Assembly: GCA_041484725.1 (NCBI GenBank)
Contig: JBGPID010000001.1
Span: 1 to 42,118, forward strand
Source of the DNA: Geobacteraceae bacterium
GTDB lineage: Bacteria; Desulfobacterota; Desulfuromonadia; Geobacterales; Geobacteraceae
Direction: 5' to 3'
Length of the DNA stretch: 42,118 nt
Shown: positions 18,349 to 28,175 of the stretch, piece by piece
How positions within the stretch are numbered: position 1 is the first letter of the stretch
How the letters are laid out: each line of letters begins with the position of its first letter
Made by a program: the position numbers and the translations under genes
The notes under the pieces: generated by a model
Seen by the model: the letters and a program-made list of their open reading frames with translations, nothing else
Databases searched by the model: none
What the model was told of the DNA's origin: nothing

Positions 18349-19686
18349 TTACTGCAGCTCATCTGCCAGTGTTTGAACGGTTGTTTTAATCTGCATTTCC
18401 GTGTGCATGCAAGAGATAAAAAACCTGAGTCTGGCCGATTTTTCAGGTACTGCCGGGTAGAGGATCGGCTGAACATTGATGCCGCGCTGAAGCATGGCAG
18501 CCGAGAGGCGGGCTGCCTTGAGGGAGCTGCCGGTAATGACCGGAATAACCGCCAGTCCCGCGCTGGTGCCGGAGTCTATGCCTGCCTGCTTTGCCAGGTG
18601 CAGAAAAAGTTGCCCCCGTTCCTGCAGAGCTCTCACCCGATCCGGTTCACGCAGCATGATCCTTAGAGCCGCCAGCGAGGCAGCCGCCAATGGTGGCGAC
18701 ATTCCGACGCTGTATAGAAAACCGGGGGCCAGAAATTTGAGGAGCTCCACCAGAGCAGTTTCACCGGCAATGAACCCGCCGCAGCCTGCCAGGGTCTTGC
18801 TGAGGGTTCCCATCCAGATATCAACCTCACGGCCATCCAGCCCAAAATGTTCACGAATCCCCAGCCCCCTTTTTCCCATCACGCCGAAGGAGTGGGCCTC
18901 ATCCACCATCAGGAAGGCACCGTGCCTTTTTTTGAGCTCCACAAAGCGGGGCAGATCCGGATAGTCGCCATCCATGCTGTAGATCCCCTCCAGCACGATC
19001 AGCACCCGCTCAAACTGGCGGCGCTGGGCGGTGAGGATGCCATCCAGGGCCTGCCAGTCGTTGTGGGGGAAGGAAAGCCGCTTTGCTCCGGAAAGCTGTA
19101 TTCCCTGCAGAATGCTGTTATGAATCAGATCGTCATGCAGGATCAGGTCTTTGGGGCCGAACAGATAGCCGATGGTACTGACGTTGGTGGCATGGCCGCT
19201 GACAAAGACAACGGCATCGTCAACACCGTAGACGTCCGCCAAGGTGCGTTCAAGGTCGCGGTGGATCTGTTTTTCACCGGAAACCGGTCGGCTGGCCGAT
19301 ACCGAAGTGCCGTAGCGATCAATAGCTGCCTTGGCGGCTTCCGTTACCTCGGGGTGTCCGGACAGGCCCAGATAGTTGTATGTGGCAAAGTTGATAAAAA
19401 CCTTGCCATTAATACTGGTGGTTGCGCCGGCAATCCCGTCGTGAACCATAAAAAACGGGTTGCCAACTCCGAGCCTGGCGGCGCCGTTGACTATGATCCG
19501 CAGCTGCAGGTAGCCTGGGTGCTTATCAAAACGACAGAATTTTTCCTGAACCCGGACAGCCGGCCCTGCACCTGATCCGGTGGCGACCGCAGGGGCAGCG
19601 CTGGCGGTGGTCTGATCCACCTGCCGCAGGCGGCGTTCCAGCACCTGCTGGATCAGCTTGTCCTTGATCCGGTCGGTAAGTCCCAT
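18349..19686 (-). CDS. alpha-oxoamine synthase family PLP enzyme (BioF / serine palmitoyltransferase / CqsA-like)
   Basis: 445-aa ORF with NFATYNYLGLSGHPEV, HNSILQG, DEAHSFGVMG and GTLSK(297)TLAGCGGF. The start lies 1 nt after the PKS stop. Confidence 0.9.
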   Translation of the reverse strand: MGLTDRIKDKLIQQVLERRLRQVDQTTASAAPAVATGSGAGPAVRVQEKFCRFDKHPGYLQLRIIVNGAARLGVGNPFFMVHDGIAGATTSINGKVFINFATYNYLGLSGHPEVTEAAKAAIDRYGTSVSASRPVSGEKQIHRDLERTLADVYGVDDAVVFVSGHATNVSTIGYLFGPKDLILHDDLIHNSILQGIQLSGAKRLSFPHNDWQALDGILTAQRRQFERVLIVLEGIYSMDGDYPDLPRFVELKKRHGAFLMVDEAHSFGVMGKRGLGIREHFGLDGREVDIWMGTLSKTLAGCGGFIAGETALVELLKFLAPGFLYSVGMSPPLAAASLAALRIMLREPDRVRALQERGQLFLHLAKQAGIDSGTSAGLAVIPVITGSSLKAARLSAAMLQRGINVQPILYPAVPEKSARLRFFISCMHTEMQIKTTVQTLADELQ

Positions 19687-19687
19687 C

Positions 19688-22600
19688 TCAGTCTATCATC
19701 CGTTCAGGTGTCGTTGCCGCAATGCCGGCCGCGATATCGTAGAGGGCTGCCTCAGGGATATCGGCAGCATGCAGGCGTGCCATATGGGCAACCTGGTCAC
19801 TCAGCGCATCATCACCATCAGGCTGTTCACCCCCACGGATGTGGGTTACGACCAGACTGGTCAGCTTGGCGATGGTGGGCCCTTCGGTCATGGCCATCAC
19901 CGGCAACTGTATGCCGAAACGGGCTTCAAGGGCAGTCATAAGCTCAACCCCCATCAGGGAGTCCAGCCCCATCTCATACAGTGATCGATCAAGCGTGATC
20001 TTGCCAGGCTGCAGCCGTAGGATCTGACCGATCTCCTGCTTCAGGATATCTGCAATCACGCTCCGCAGTTCGCTGTCCGGCAATTCGGTCAAACAGAGCA
20101 TGCTGTCGGCTAGTTTATCATCAACATCCTCATTGCCGTAACGGCGGGAGAGCCAGGCAAACCTTGCATGAGCGGCACTGGGCAGGAAGCGACGCATGGC
20201 CGGCCAGGCAAGCTCCAGCACCCCCAGCCCGGAACGGTTGGACAGCAGTAGCTGTTCCAGCACAGCAAGGGCCGTGTCTGAATGCAGCGCCTTCCCTCCC
20301 AACCGGCACTGCAGTGACTCCTTGATCTTCCGGTTACGGGCCAGGAAGCCAACATCGTCAATCGCCCCCCAGCGCACCGCCGTGGCTGGCAGTCCGGCAG
20401 CCCGTCGCATCCGGGCCAGCCCTTCCAGCCAGCCATTGGCTGCTACGTAGTTACCCTGTCCCGGATTACCGAACAGGGTTGTAGCCGATGAAAACAGCAC
20501 GAAGTAGTCCAGCTGCATACCCTTGGTCAGGTGGTGCAGATACAGTGCCCCCAGAACTTTGGGGGCCAGCACCCGCCGGATCTGCTCCGGTTGCATGGTG
20601 CGCAGCAGGCCGTCATCAATCACCGCGGCGGCATGCACGATACCTTTGAGCGGCGGTAGCTCATGCTCGATGGTTTTCAGAAGCCGGGTTAGTGCTGACC
20701 TGTCGGTAACGTCACATGCGGCGGCATGCACCTGCACTCCCTGCTGCTGCAGCGCCCTGATTGCTTCCTGCTCTTCAGGCCCTGCAAGGCCGCTGCGGCT
20801 GACCAGCGCCAGACTGCGGCACCCTTTGGAAACCAGCCAGCTGGCGGTACGCAGACCGAAGCCTCCCAGACCACCGGTTACCAGCCAGGTTGCATCCGTG
20901 GGCAGAGTTAATGTTGGCGGTACGGATGGCTGCAGGGGATGGGGATGACTGATTCCGTTACAGTAGGTGACCACCACCTTGCCGATCTGCTGTGATTGCT
21001 CCATGTAACGGAAGGCATCCACCACCTGGTCGGCCTCAAAAGTGGTGTAGGGAAGCGGATGAAGCGCCCCCTGCTCAAAGAGCGCCATAATCTCGTCAAA
21101 GAGCCGACGGGTCAGCTCAGGCTGTAGCTGCATCACCTGATCGGTATCAACACCGAAGTAGCTGATGTTGTTTCTGAAGGGGCGCAGCCCGATGTGGGTG
21201 TTTTCATAGAAGTCCCGTTTCCCCAGTTCCAGAAAACGACCGAACTGTTTCAGTATCCGCAGGTTGCGGTTGATAGCCTCACCGGCCAGTGAGTTAAGCA
21301 CCAGATCAACACCTGCGCCGCCGGTCCGCTGCAGTATCTGGTCGGCAAAATCCAGGGAACGGGAATCGTAGATATGTTCAACCCCCATCAGGCGAAGGAA
21401 ATCCCGTTTCTTATCCGTTCCGGCCGTGGCATAGACCTCGGCGCCGCACCAGTGCACGATCTGAACGGCCGCGAGACCAACGCCACCGGCAGCGCCATGA
21501 ATCAGCACCTTTTCGCCCGGCTGCAGGCGCCCCAGATGGCAGAGGGCGTACCAGGCCGTAAAGAAAGCGGCCGGAATGGTGGCCGCAGCCTCAAATCCAA
21601 GTCTTGCAGGAATATGGGAAGCCGCAGATGCCTTGGTAACCGCCCTGGTGCCAAAACTGGCCGGACCGAAGGTAACTACCCGGTCGCCCGGGGCGAAGCC
21701 GGTCACCGCCGGCCCGGTCCTGGTGACGATACCGGCGCATTCCAGCCCCAGGTTTGCCCCGGCAAAGCCGTTTTCAACGGCTTCATCGGACAGAAGCCCC
21801 AGGGTATACATGAGGTCGCGGAAGTTAAGCCCGGTGGCATGCACCTCGATCTCAATTTCATCCTCCACAGGAGCAATGCAAGGGGACTGTTCCCAACGCA
21901 GGTTCCTGAGCTGACCGGGAAGCTGGAAACCGAGACGGACCATGGTCTGATCCGGATCAACCAGAGCACTGCCGGTACGCCCTGGTGGTGTCTCCAACTC
22001 CAGCCTCGGCACGTAGCGCTTCCCGGCAGGGGTAATGATCACCTCCTGCTCACCGTCAGATTGCTCTATCTCCTGCAGCAGGGCCACAGCCGCATCTTTC
22101 GACAGAGTGCCTTCAAGGCAGATCAGGCGCAAGTCAAGACCGGCGCATTCATTCATCATGCTCCGGCTAAAGGCCCAGAATGAACTGTCAGCAATGGCCG
22201 ACACTCCTTGTTCACCTGCCGGCCAGTCGGCAACATCGGCTGCGGCGCCGGTCGTCAGCAGCCAGACCGGGACGGACACCTGCAGTCGTTCAAGGGCCAT
22301 GGTCATGGCCGATGCAGCGGCGCAGCGCTCCACCTGATGGGCAAGGTATGCATCGCCATCCAGGGTATCGGTCGGGATGCCCGACCCTGTCAGAAACAGG
22401 ATGCCAAGCAGATCACCAGCCTCAACCAGGGAGTGCCGCAGGTTTTCCTCTGAGCAATCGGAAAGCCGTGCACAACGGTTTCCATTGGCTGTCACCAGAG
22501 TGGAAATAATGCCAGCCAGGTCGGCGGATGGGCCCTGTTCGTCATGCACCAGCAGCAGAGTGCGTTGTTTGTCACACTGCGAAAGCGTCATTTGAGGAGC

Positions 22601-25600
22601 AATCGACTTCTGCACTGTCAGAATCCAGGGTCCGGAACCGTGCCGGGGAGCAAGGTCAAACTGCTGGATATTCTCATATCCTGCCGCATGGAGGCTGTCT
22701 TGCCACCAGGTTGACGGGGGGTGCCAGAGTTCATGACCAAAGGCAAGGAATCCTGCCCAGCGTAACGGGTGGAGGCCAACCAGGATAATGCAGCCCCCTG
22801 GGGCCAGAGAAGCCCCGACAGCGGCGAGGGCCTGCTCTGCAGCAGCCTGGCTGCTGAAATCACAGTTAACGATGGCCAGTTGAGCCGTAACAGCAAGGTT
22901 TTCCTGCGTTTGAGAAAGATCATGCAGATTGATGGCGTGATGCTGCTCACGCTGCTGCTCAGTGCGGTCAAGGGCCAAGGATGAACCGGAGGCGAAGTGG
23001 TACTCACTGCGTTCAATATCAAGAGCGCTGCAGATCTGGTCAAGCCAGAGCGACGTCTCCTCACCCAGCTCCAATACAGCCAGCCGTTCGCCTTCCGGCA
23101 GCCCCTGCAGCAGGTCGGCAACCAGTTGGCGCAAATGACGACCAACAATAAACCGGCCGGCGCCCCCCAAAGCCTGCTGCAGCAGCTCTGACAGAACAGC
23201 TTCCTGATGAACTCCTGCATCCTGAAGCGGCTGATCGTTCATCAGGCTGGAGAGCAGCAGACCGACACGCCCCACCCGGTGGATCAATGAGAATCGGTCG
23301 GGATACTGATTGACAAGCCCCAGCCAGAGCTGCCGGGCTTGAATGGTATCCTGCTCATCCGCTTGAATCTGCAGGCCCGATTCGATCCTCAAAACGGCGC
23401 CGTCTTCGATCGTTATCTCAACAAGGGGCTGAAGATAAGGACAATCAGCGTAGAGCCTTTGTAACGTCGCCTCGCTGACATGACAACCGTCCGTGGCTAC
23501 CCGTTGCAGGGCCTCAACCGTAAAACGGCTGCAGAGGCTTTCCAGCAGAGGGTCCAGCTCTTCAACAAAACCGGCCACTGACTGATTGTCGGCAACCAGC
23601 CCGGCAGCCGACGCCATTGTATCGGCAACTAGTTTGACCAGTTCTGTCGGAGGTCTGACAACAGTACCAGGTAACGGTTTGGGGACGCGGTGATAATCTG
23701 GATAGCAGAGTGTATCCACCCCCTGTTTCCGGAGCCTTATCCTCCGGAAACGAACCTGGCTGATGTCGGCTAACGGCCTGCCGTCAGCATCATACAGCAT
23801 GAAATCCGCAGTCAGCGAGTGCGGCCCATGGCCCGTCAGGGTTGCCGTGGCATAACGGGGATGCGTCATGCCCGGCTGATAGCGAACGCGCTCAAACGTT
23901 ACCGGAACGTAGGTCATGCCTCGATAGCTGGAATGCTCTGCCTGCACTATCTGGAACACCAGCTGGAAGGCGTTATCCAAGAAGGTTGGGTGCAGATGAT
24001 AGCCTTCCAGACCAGTTTGCAACACATCCGGGGTCCGCAGAACGGCAGAAGCGCTTCGACCATCCACCCAACCATGCAGAATGGATTGGAAGGCAGGGCC
24101 GTATTGGAGACCGGCCTGCCTGGTCAAGAGTCCATGGGAGCGGGCATCAAAATCAGGTTGTCGATTTGGAGCTGTAAAAGGAGCTACACCCATAAACCCT
24201 GCACAGGGAGCAGGGACGATCCGTGCCACTCCGTGCAAGGTCCAGGGTGAATCACTGAGCAGATCCCGCCCATTGATGGTTACCGTTCCATTGTTCGGAG
24301 CAACTGACAGCCGGACAATGCGGGTTATGCCGTTTTCCAACAACAACGGCGCCCTGATCTCAAGATGTTCAAGCTCAACAGGGCTGTCAGGCTTGAGAGA
24401 AAGGGCTGCTGCCAGGACAATCTCAAGGAAACCGGTGCCGGGGAAAACCACGGCGCCACCAACAGCATGATCGGCAAGCTCCGGATAGAGCGCGGTGTCA
24501 AGCCTATTTTCCCAGGTCAGTTCATACTGCTGCAGGTGATACCCCAGCAGGGGATGAAGCTTGCGGCGTTCCAGTATCCGGGAAGATTCAGGTGTTACCG
24601 GATGCCAGCAACGCTCCCGCTGCCAGGGATAGTTGGGCAGCCGCACAAAGCGACCCGGTTTCGGAAACAGGGCCTGCCGGTTGATCGCTGCTCCCGCAAT
24701 CATGGCCTTTGCAGCAGCCTTGCGAACGCGTTGCGGATCATCATCCCCTCGCAGTAAGGTTGGGATGACACAACCATCTACGCCTTTGCTCTCCATGATA
24801 TCAAGAATATAGTTTCTGAGGATCGCATGGGGGGTAACACAGACGAAAACATTCGTCCCGGCATCAAGGATAGCGCCAACAACCAGTTCGAACAGTACCG
24901 GCTCACAGATATTTTTCCACCAGTAGGTTGCATCCAGCCGGTCACCGGTCAGCTTCCCTCCGGTCACGGTGGAATAGAACGGAATGGATGTCTCACCAGG
25001 AGCAAGGTCTGCCAGCACCTGCAGGAGCTCCGTCTCGATACTGTCCATGACAGGACTGTGGAAGGCATAATCCAGATCAAGCCGCCGGAAGGCAATCTCC
25101 TGCTTCGTGAGAAACGCCTCATACTGTTCCAGCTCGTCGGCTGAACCGGAAATGGTGACGCTCGTGGGGCTGTTGCAGCCTGCCAAAGTCAAGGAAGGCA
25201 ATGCCATTTGCGAAAGCTGTTCAGTTGCCTGGTCACTTCCGATGCTGACCGCTGTCATCTTGCCCAGCCCTTTGGTCAAACCCTGTAGACGGCTACGGCA
25301 GTAGATCACCTTGACCGCTTGCGGCAAGGTCAGGGCGCCGCAGGCCCAGGCTGCGGCAATTTCGCCCACGCTGTGACCAGCCACTGCAGTTGGCTCAATA
25401 CCCAGACTGCGCAACATGCAGGTGAGGCCTATCTGAATTGCAAACAGGGCCGGTTGGGCTATCTCGGTAAACTCGTAACGTCCAGAGCCGTTTCGTCCCG
25501 CCAGTTCATCTACCAACGAAAAATCGGCATACTGCCTGAAAAGAGTATCGACCTCCTCTACGGCCTTAAGAAACACAGGGTCTTTCAGCAGCTCATTCCC

Positions 25601-27247
25601 CATCCCCTCCCACTGGGCGCCATTGCCGGCATAGATGAAGGCCGGACCGGATGGGTTAGACAGCTCAACACCTTGCTCCACGGAACTATCGTCAAGCCTG
25701 TCATCGGAAAAGGCCTGGAACTCTTCTGCAACTTTGCGAAGATCGCTGCCAAACAAGACAGCGCGGCAAGGATGCAGGTCCCGCCGAAACAGGGCGGTAT
25801 AGGCAACATCGTAGAGCGGCAGATCAGGCTGTGTTTCCAGCAATGTCACCATATCGCGGGCAGCGGACTTCAAGGCGAATTCGTCCCTGGCCGAGATGAC
25901 CAGGGGAAGTTCAACAGAATGGTCTGGAGTTGCAGTTTGATTTAGATCAGTTGTTCCACCTTCAAGGATGACATGGGCGTTAACACCACCAAAGCCAAAG
26001 GAGTTTACCCCGATATAGAGCGGACCTTCCTGCCTGAGGGGCCGGTTTTCGGTAACTACCTCCAGGTTAAGCCCTTTGAAGTCAATGGCAGGGTTGAGAA
26101 TTGTGACGCCGATAGTGGCCGGAACCATCCGATGCTGCAAGGACAACAGGACCTTGACCAAACCGGCCACGCCGGCGGCGGCCTCCATGTGCCCCAGGTT
26201 GCTTTTGATTGACCCCACCGGCAACGGTATCTCCTTGGGCCGTCGCTTTCCCAGAGCCTCCCCTAGGGCGCGTGCCTCAATGGGGTCCCCTACGGCAGTG
26301 CCGGTGCCATGAGCCTCAAAGTAATCTATGTCGGCAGGATCAAGTCCGGCCTGCCTGCAGGCCTGTTCAATAAGGCCAGCCTGTGCGTCGGCATTGGGCA
26401 CGGTCAGACCGGATTTACGGCCATCGGTATTAACCGCAGTGGCAGCCACCACCGCCAAGATGGGATCGCCATCGGCAACTGCCTGCCCATACTCTTTCAG
26501 CAGGAACAGCCCGCCCCCTTCAGAGCGGACATAGCCATCAGCAGAGGCATCAAAGACATTGCAACGGCCGCGGGGGGAAAGCATGGATGTCTGGGCAAAA
26601 ATGAGAAAACCATAAGGGTGGAGATGCAGGCTCACCCCGCCGGACAAGGCGTAATCAATTTCGCCGCCGGCTATGGCGCGGCAGGCCTGATGAAAGGCAA
26701 CCAGCGAAGAGGAACAGGCAGTATCAATCGCCATGCTGGGACCATGCAGGTCAAAAAAGTAGGAGATGCGGTTAGCGGTAATACAGATGGTATTGCCGGT
26801 AGCAACGGTTGCATCAATGGCGTCCAGGTCATCCGCCAGGCGGTAGGAGTAATCGGAGGTAGAGATGCCGATGTAGACGCCGCAGTTGCTTCCTCGCAGG
26901 GATGAAGGCGGGACACCGGCGTTTTCCATCGCCTCCCAGGCAAGCTCAAGCAACAGGCGCTGCTGGGGATCCATGAAGGACGCCTCGCGGGGAGAAATGC
27001 CGAAAAATCCGGCATCAAACCCGGCTACGTCGCCGATTGAACCGCCGGCAAAGGTATAACTGCACCCGGGATGTCCCTTTACGGGGTGCTGAAAACTATC
27101 CTTGCTCCAGCGTGACGGATCAACCTGGGTCACAAGGTCACGTCCGGAACAGAGGTCATGCCAGATGTCCGATGTATCAGTCCCTGGCAACCGGAAGGAA
27201 TAGCCAATAATTGCCACTTTTCTGTGCAATATATCTCCTAAGTGCAA
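19688..27247 (-). CDS. type I polyketide synthase, fully reducing single module (KS-AT-DH-degenerate MT-ER-KR-ACP, no thioesterase)
   Basis: 2519-aa ORF. KS: DTAC(178)SSS, EAHGTGT, KSNLGHMEAAAG. AT: GHS(626)VGE and YAFHS. DH: LH(898)PLLG and H(927)AVGGAVVFPGTG. MT-like region with degenerate motif I VLELGEETS (~1391-1399). ER: LIHGAAGGVG (~1915). KR: TGGLGGFG (~2120) and NYVAAN. ACP: GLDS(2430)L. There is no ATG at the ORF top; the likely start is TTG at 27229, preceded by AGGAG. Confidence 0.95.
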   Translation of the reverse strand: MHLGDILHRKVAIIGYSFRLPGTDTSDIWHDLCSGRDLVTQVDPSRWSKDSFQHPVKGHPGCSYTFAGGSIGDVAGFDAGFFGISPREASFMDPQQRLLLELAWEAMENAGVPPSSLRGSNCGVYIGISTSDYSYRLADDLDAIDATVATGNTICITANRISYFFDLHGPSMAIDTACSSSLVAFHQACRAIAGGEIDYALSGGVSLHLHPYGFLIFAQTSMLSPRGRCNVFDASADGYVRSEGGGLFLLKEYGQAVADGDPILAVVAATAVNTDGRKSGLTVPNADAQAGLIEQACRQAGLDPADIDYFEAHGTGTAVGDPIEARALGEALGKRRPKEIPLPVGSIKSNLGHMEAAAGVAGLVKVLLSLQHRMVPATIGVTILNPAIDFKGLNLEVVTENRPLRQEGPLYIGVNSFGFGGVNAHVILEGGTTDLNQTATPDHSVELPLVISARDEFALKSAARDMVTLLETQPDLPLYDVAYTALFRRDLHPCRAVLFGSDLRKVAEEFQAFSDDRLDDSSVEQGVELSNPSGPAFIYAGNGAQWEGMGNELLKDPVFLKAVEEVDTLFRQYADFSLVDELAGRNGSGRYEFTEIAQPALFAIQIGLTCMLRSLGIEPTAVAGHSVGEIAAAWACGALTLPQAVKVIYCRSRLQGLTKGLGKMTAVSIGSDQATEQLSQMALPSLTLAGCNSPTSVTISGSADELEQYEAFLTKQEIAFRRLDLDYAFHSPVMDSIETELLQVLADLAPGETSIPFYSTVTGGKLTGDRLDATYWWKNICEPVLFELVVGAILDAGTNVFVCVTPHAILRNYILDIMESKGVDGCVIPTLLRGDDDPQRVRKAAAKAMIAGAAINRQALFPKPGRFVRLPNYPWQRERCWHPVTPESSRILERRKLHPLLGYHLQQYELTWENRLDTALYPELADHAVGGAVVFPGTGFLEIVLAAALSLKPDSPVELEHLEIRAPLLLENGITRIVRLSVAPNNGTVTINGRDLLSDSPWTLHGVARIVPAPCAGFMGVAPFTAPNRQPDFDARSHGLLTRQAGLQYGPAFQSILHGWVDGRSASAVLRTPDVLQTGLEGYHLHPTFLDNAFQLVFQIVQAEHSSYRGMTYVPVTFERVRYQPGMTHPRYATATLTGHGPHSLTADFMLYDADGRPLADISQVRFRRIRLRKQGVDTLCYPDYHRVPKPLPGTVVRPPTELVKLVADTMASAAGLVADNQSVAGFVEELDPLLESLCSRFTVEALQRVATDGCHVSEATLQRLYADCPYLQPLVEITIEDGAVLRIESGLQIQADEQDTIQARQLWLGLVNQYPDRFSLIHRVGRVGLLLSSLMNDQPLQDAGVHQEAVLSELLQQALGGAGRFIVGRHLRQLVADLLQGLPEGERLAVLELGEETSLWLDQICSALDIERSEYHFASGSSLALDRTEQQREQHHAINLHDLSQTQENLAVTAQLAIVNCDFSSQAAAEQALAAVGASLAPGGCIILVGLHPLRWAGFLAFGHELWHPPSTWWQDSLHAAGYENIQQFDLAPRHGSGPWILTVQKSIAPQMTLSQCDKQRTLLLVHDEQGPSADLAGIISTLVTANGNRCARLSDCSEENLRHSLVEAGDLLGILFLTGSGIPTDTLDGDAYLAHQVERCAAASAMTMALERLQVSVPVWLLTTGAAADVADWPAGEQGVSAIADSSFWAFSRSMMNECAGLDLRLICLEGTLSKDAAVALLQEIEQSDGEQEVIITPAGKRYVPRLELETPPGRTGSALVDPDQTMVRLGFQLPGQLRNLRWEQSPCIAPVEDEIEIEVHATGLNFRDLMYTLGLLSDEAVENGFAGANLGLECAGIVTRTGPAVTGFAPGDRVVTFGPASFGTRAVTKASAASHIPARLGFEAAATIPAAFFTAWYALCHLGRLQPGEKVLIHGAAGGVGLAAVQIVHWCGAEVYATAGTDKKRDFLRLMGVEHIYDSRSLDFADQILQRTGGAGVDLVLNSLAGEAINRNLRILKQFGRFLELGKRDFYENTHIGLRPFRNNISYFGVDTDQVMQLQPELTRRLFDEIMALFEQGALHPLPYTTFEADQVVDAFRYMEQSQQIGKVVVTYCNGISHPHPLQPSVPPTLTLPTDATWLVTGGLGGFGLRTASWLVSKGCRSLALVSRSGLAGPEEQEAIRALQQQGVQVHAAACDVTDRSALTRLLKTIEHELPPLKGIVHAAAVIDDGLLRTMQPEQIRRVLAPKVLGALYLHHLTKGMQLDYFVLFSSATTLFGNPGQGNYVAANGWLEGLARMRRAAGLPATAVRWGAIDDVGFLARNRKIKESLQCRLGGKALHSDTALAVLEQLLLSNRSGLGVLELAWPAMRRFLPSAAHARFAWLSRRYGNEDVDDKLADSMLCLTELPDSELRSVIADILKQEIGQILRLQPGKITLDRSLYEMGLDSLMGVELMTALEARFGIQLPVMAMTEGPTIAKLTSLVVTHIRGGEQPDGDDALSDQVAHMARLHAADIPEAALYDIAAGIAATTPERMID

Positions 27248-27353
27248 ATTTCAGGCGCAGTCAGCAGACTAACCCTATGAAAATTACTTATATTAAAGAA
27301 CAGTTACATGTTATTTCACATTATTTACTAAATTCTAAAACATTTATAATACT

Positions 27354-28175
27354 TCATTGAGTAAATATTGCAATAAATTCTTTTGTTGTGACAAAACGTC
27401 TTTCCGCGTTCCGCAGGTTTTCAAGCACTTCTGCATCGGGCCAGGAATCATGGCTGTCAGAATGATCCTGATGAATACCACCAGAAATCCTACCTGTCGC
27501 TTCAATTGTGTCCAGCAGCATACGGATCCCGAACCTAAACAGCTTGCAATTCAACGATAAGCAGCTGTCTTCGGCTTCTACCGGTATAGCTTTGGTCGCT
27601 ACCACCGGGCCGGTATCAAAACCCTGATCCTGAAAGTGTACTGTTACCCCTACCTGCTCTTCTCCCCGTGCAAGGGCGTGGATGACCGGATCAACCCCTT
27701 TGTACTCGGGCAGCTGACCGGGATGGATGTTCAGGCAGCCCTTTGGCGGCAGGGCAAGCAGTTCCGGACCGATCAACTGGTTAAAGTGGGCCGACAACAT
27801 CAGATCTGGATTGCACGCCTGCACAAATGCAATACCGTCGGCAACGTTGATGTCTCTCGTTTGCAATATTGGCACACGGTTACGCGCCAGGTATTTCCCC
27901 ACCGGATCATGGCGCCACAGACGACGCAACTGGGTGTGCAGCGACGTTACCAGCCACAAATAGGCTGCATAACGTAAACCGGTCCGGCGCACCAGCAGGA
28001 TAGCATCCCACCAGCTCCAACCCTTTTTCCGCAAAATCCGGGTAGAGGCAACCACCCCCACCAGTATCAGGTGAGGAGACCTGATCATTTCCTGCAGCAC
28101 AATGGTGGAGTAGATGCTGGGACAGGTACAGAAGACGACACGAAGCGGCGTGTTTAGAGATGTTGAAGCGTTCAT
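27354..28175 (-). CDS. formyltransferase-fold protein (Formyl_trans_N-like)
   Basis: 273-aa ORF with CLNIHPGQLPEYKGVDP (the N-x-H and HPSLLPxxRG-type motif) and FDTGPVV (Asp of the N/H/D triad). It carries an unusual hydrophobic insertion near the N-terminus. Confidence 0.7.
   Translation of the reverse strand: MNASTSLNTPLRVVFCTCPSIYSTIVLQEMIRSPHLILVGVVASTRILRKKGWSWWDAILLVRRTGLRYAAYLWLVTSLHTQLRRLWRHDPVGKYLARNRVPILQTRDINVADGIAFVQACNPDLMLSAHFNQLIGPELLALPPKGCLNIHPGQLPEYKGVDPVIHALARGEEQVGVTVHFQDQGFDTGPVVATKAIPVEAEDSCLSLNCKLFRFGIRMLLDTIEATGRISGGIHQDHSDSHDSWPDAEVLENLRNAERRFVTTKEFIAIFTQ

Noticed and set aside
18847-19575. A 242-aa + strand ORF antisense to the alpha-oxoamine synthase gene.
   Set aside because: It is antisense to a gene with clear PLP-enzyme motifs, has no motifs of its own and no ribosome-binding context.
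19688-19960. A thioesterase or reductase release domain after the PKS ACP.
   Set aside because: Only ~90 residues follow the GLDSL serine. They contain no GxSxG or Rossmann motif, so the tail is too short for a TE or R domain. It may be a docking tail for the abutting AONS.
20652-26846. ops/JUMPStart-like GGCGGTAG octamers at 20652-20659 and 26839-26846.
   Set aside because: Both are on the + strand inside the minus-strand PKS coding sequence, so they are on the wrong strand and not in a leader. I did not see the motif on the transcribed strand in the leaders I checked (31748-32124, 27248-27353, 18275-18348).
19708-26905. Many 60-270-aa ORFs on the + strand or in other frames inside the PKS gene, e.g. 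21374..22183, 25319..25945, 26309..26905 and 22618..23220.
   Set aside because: They lie wholly inside a 7.5-kb ORF with unambiguous KS/AT/DH/ER/KR/ACP motifs. Their Arg/Pro/Gly/Ser-rich low-complexity translations have no recognisable motifs. They are typical shadow ORFs of high-GC coding DNA.
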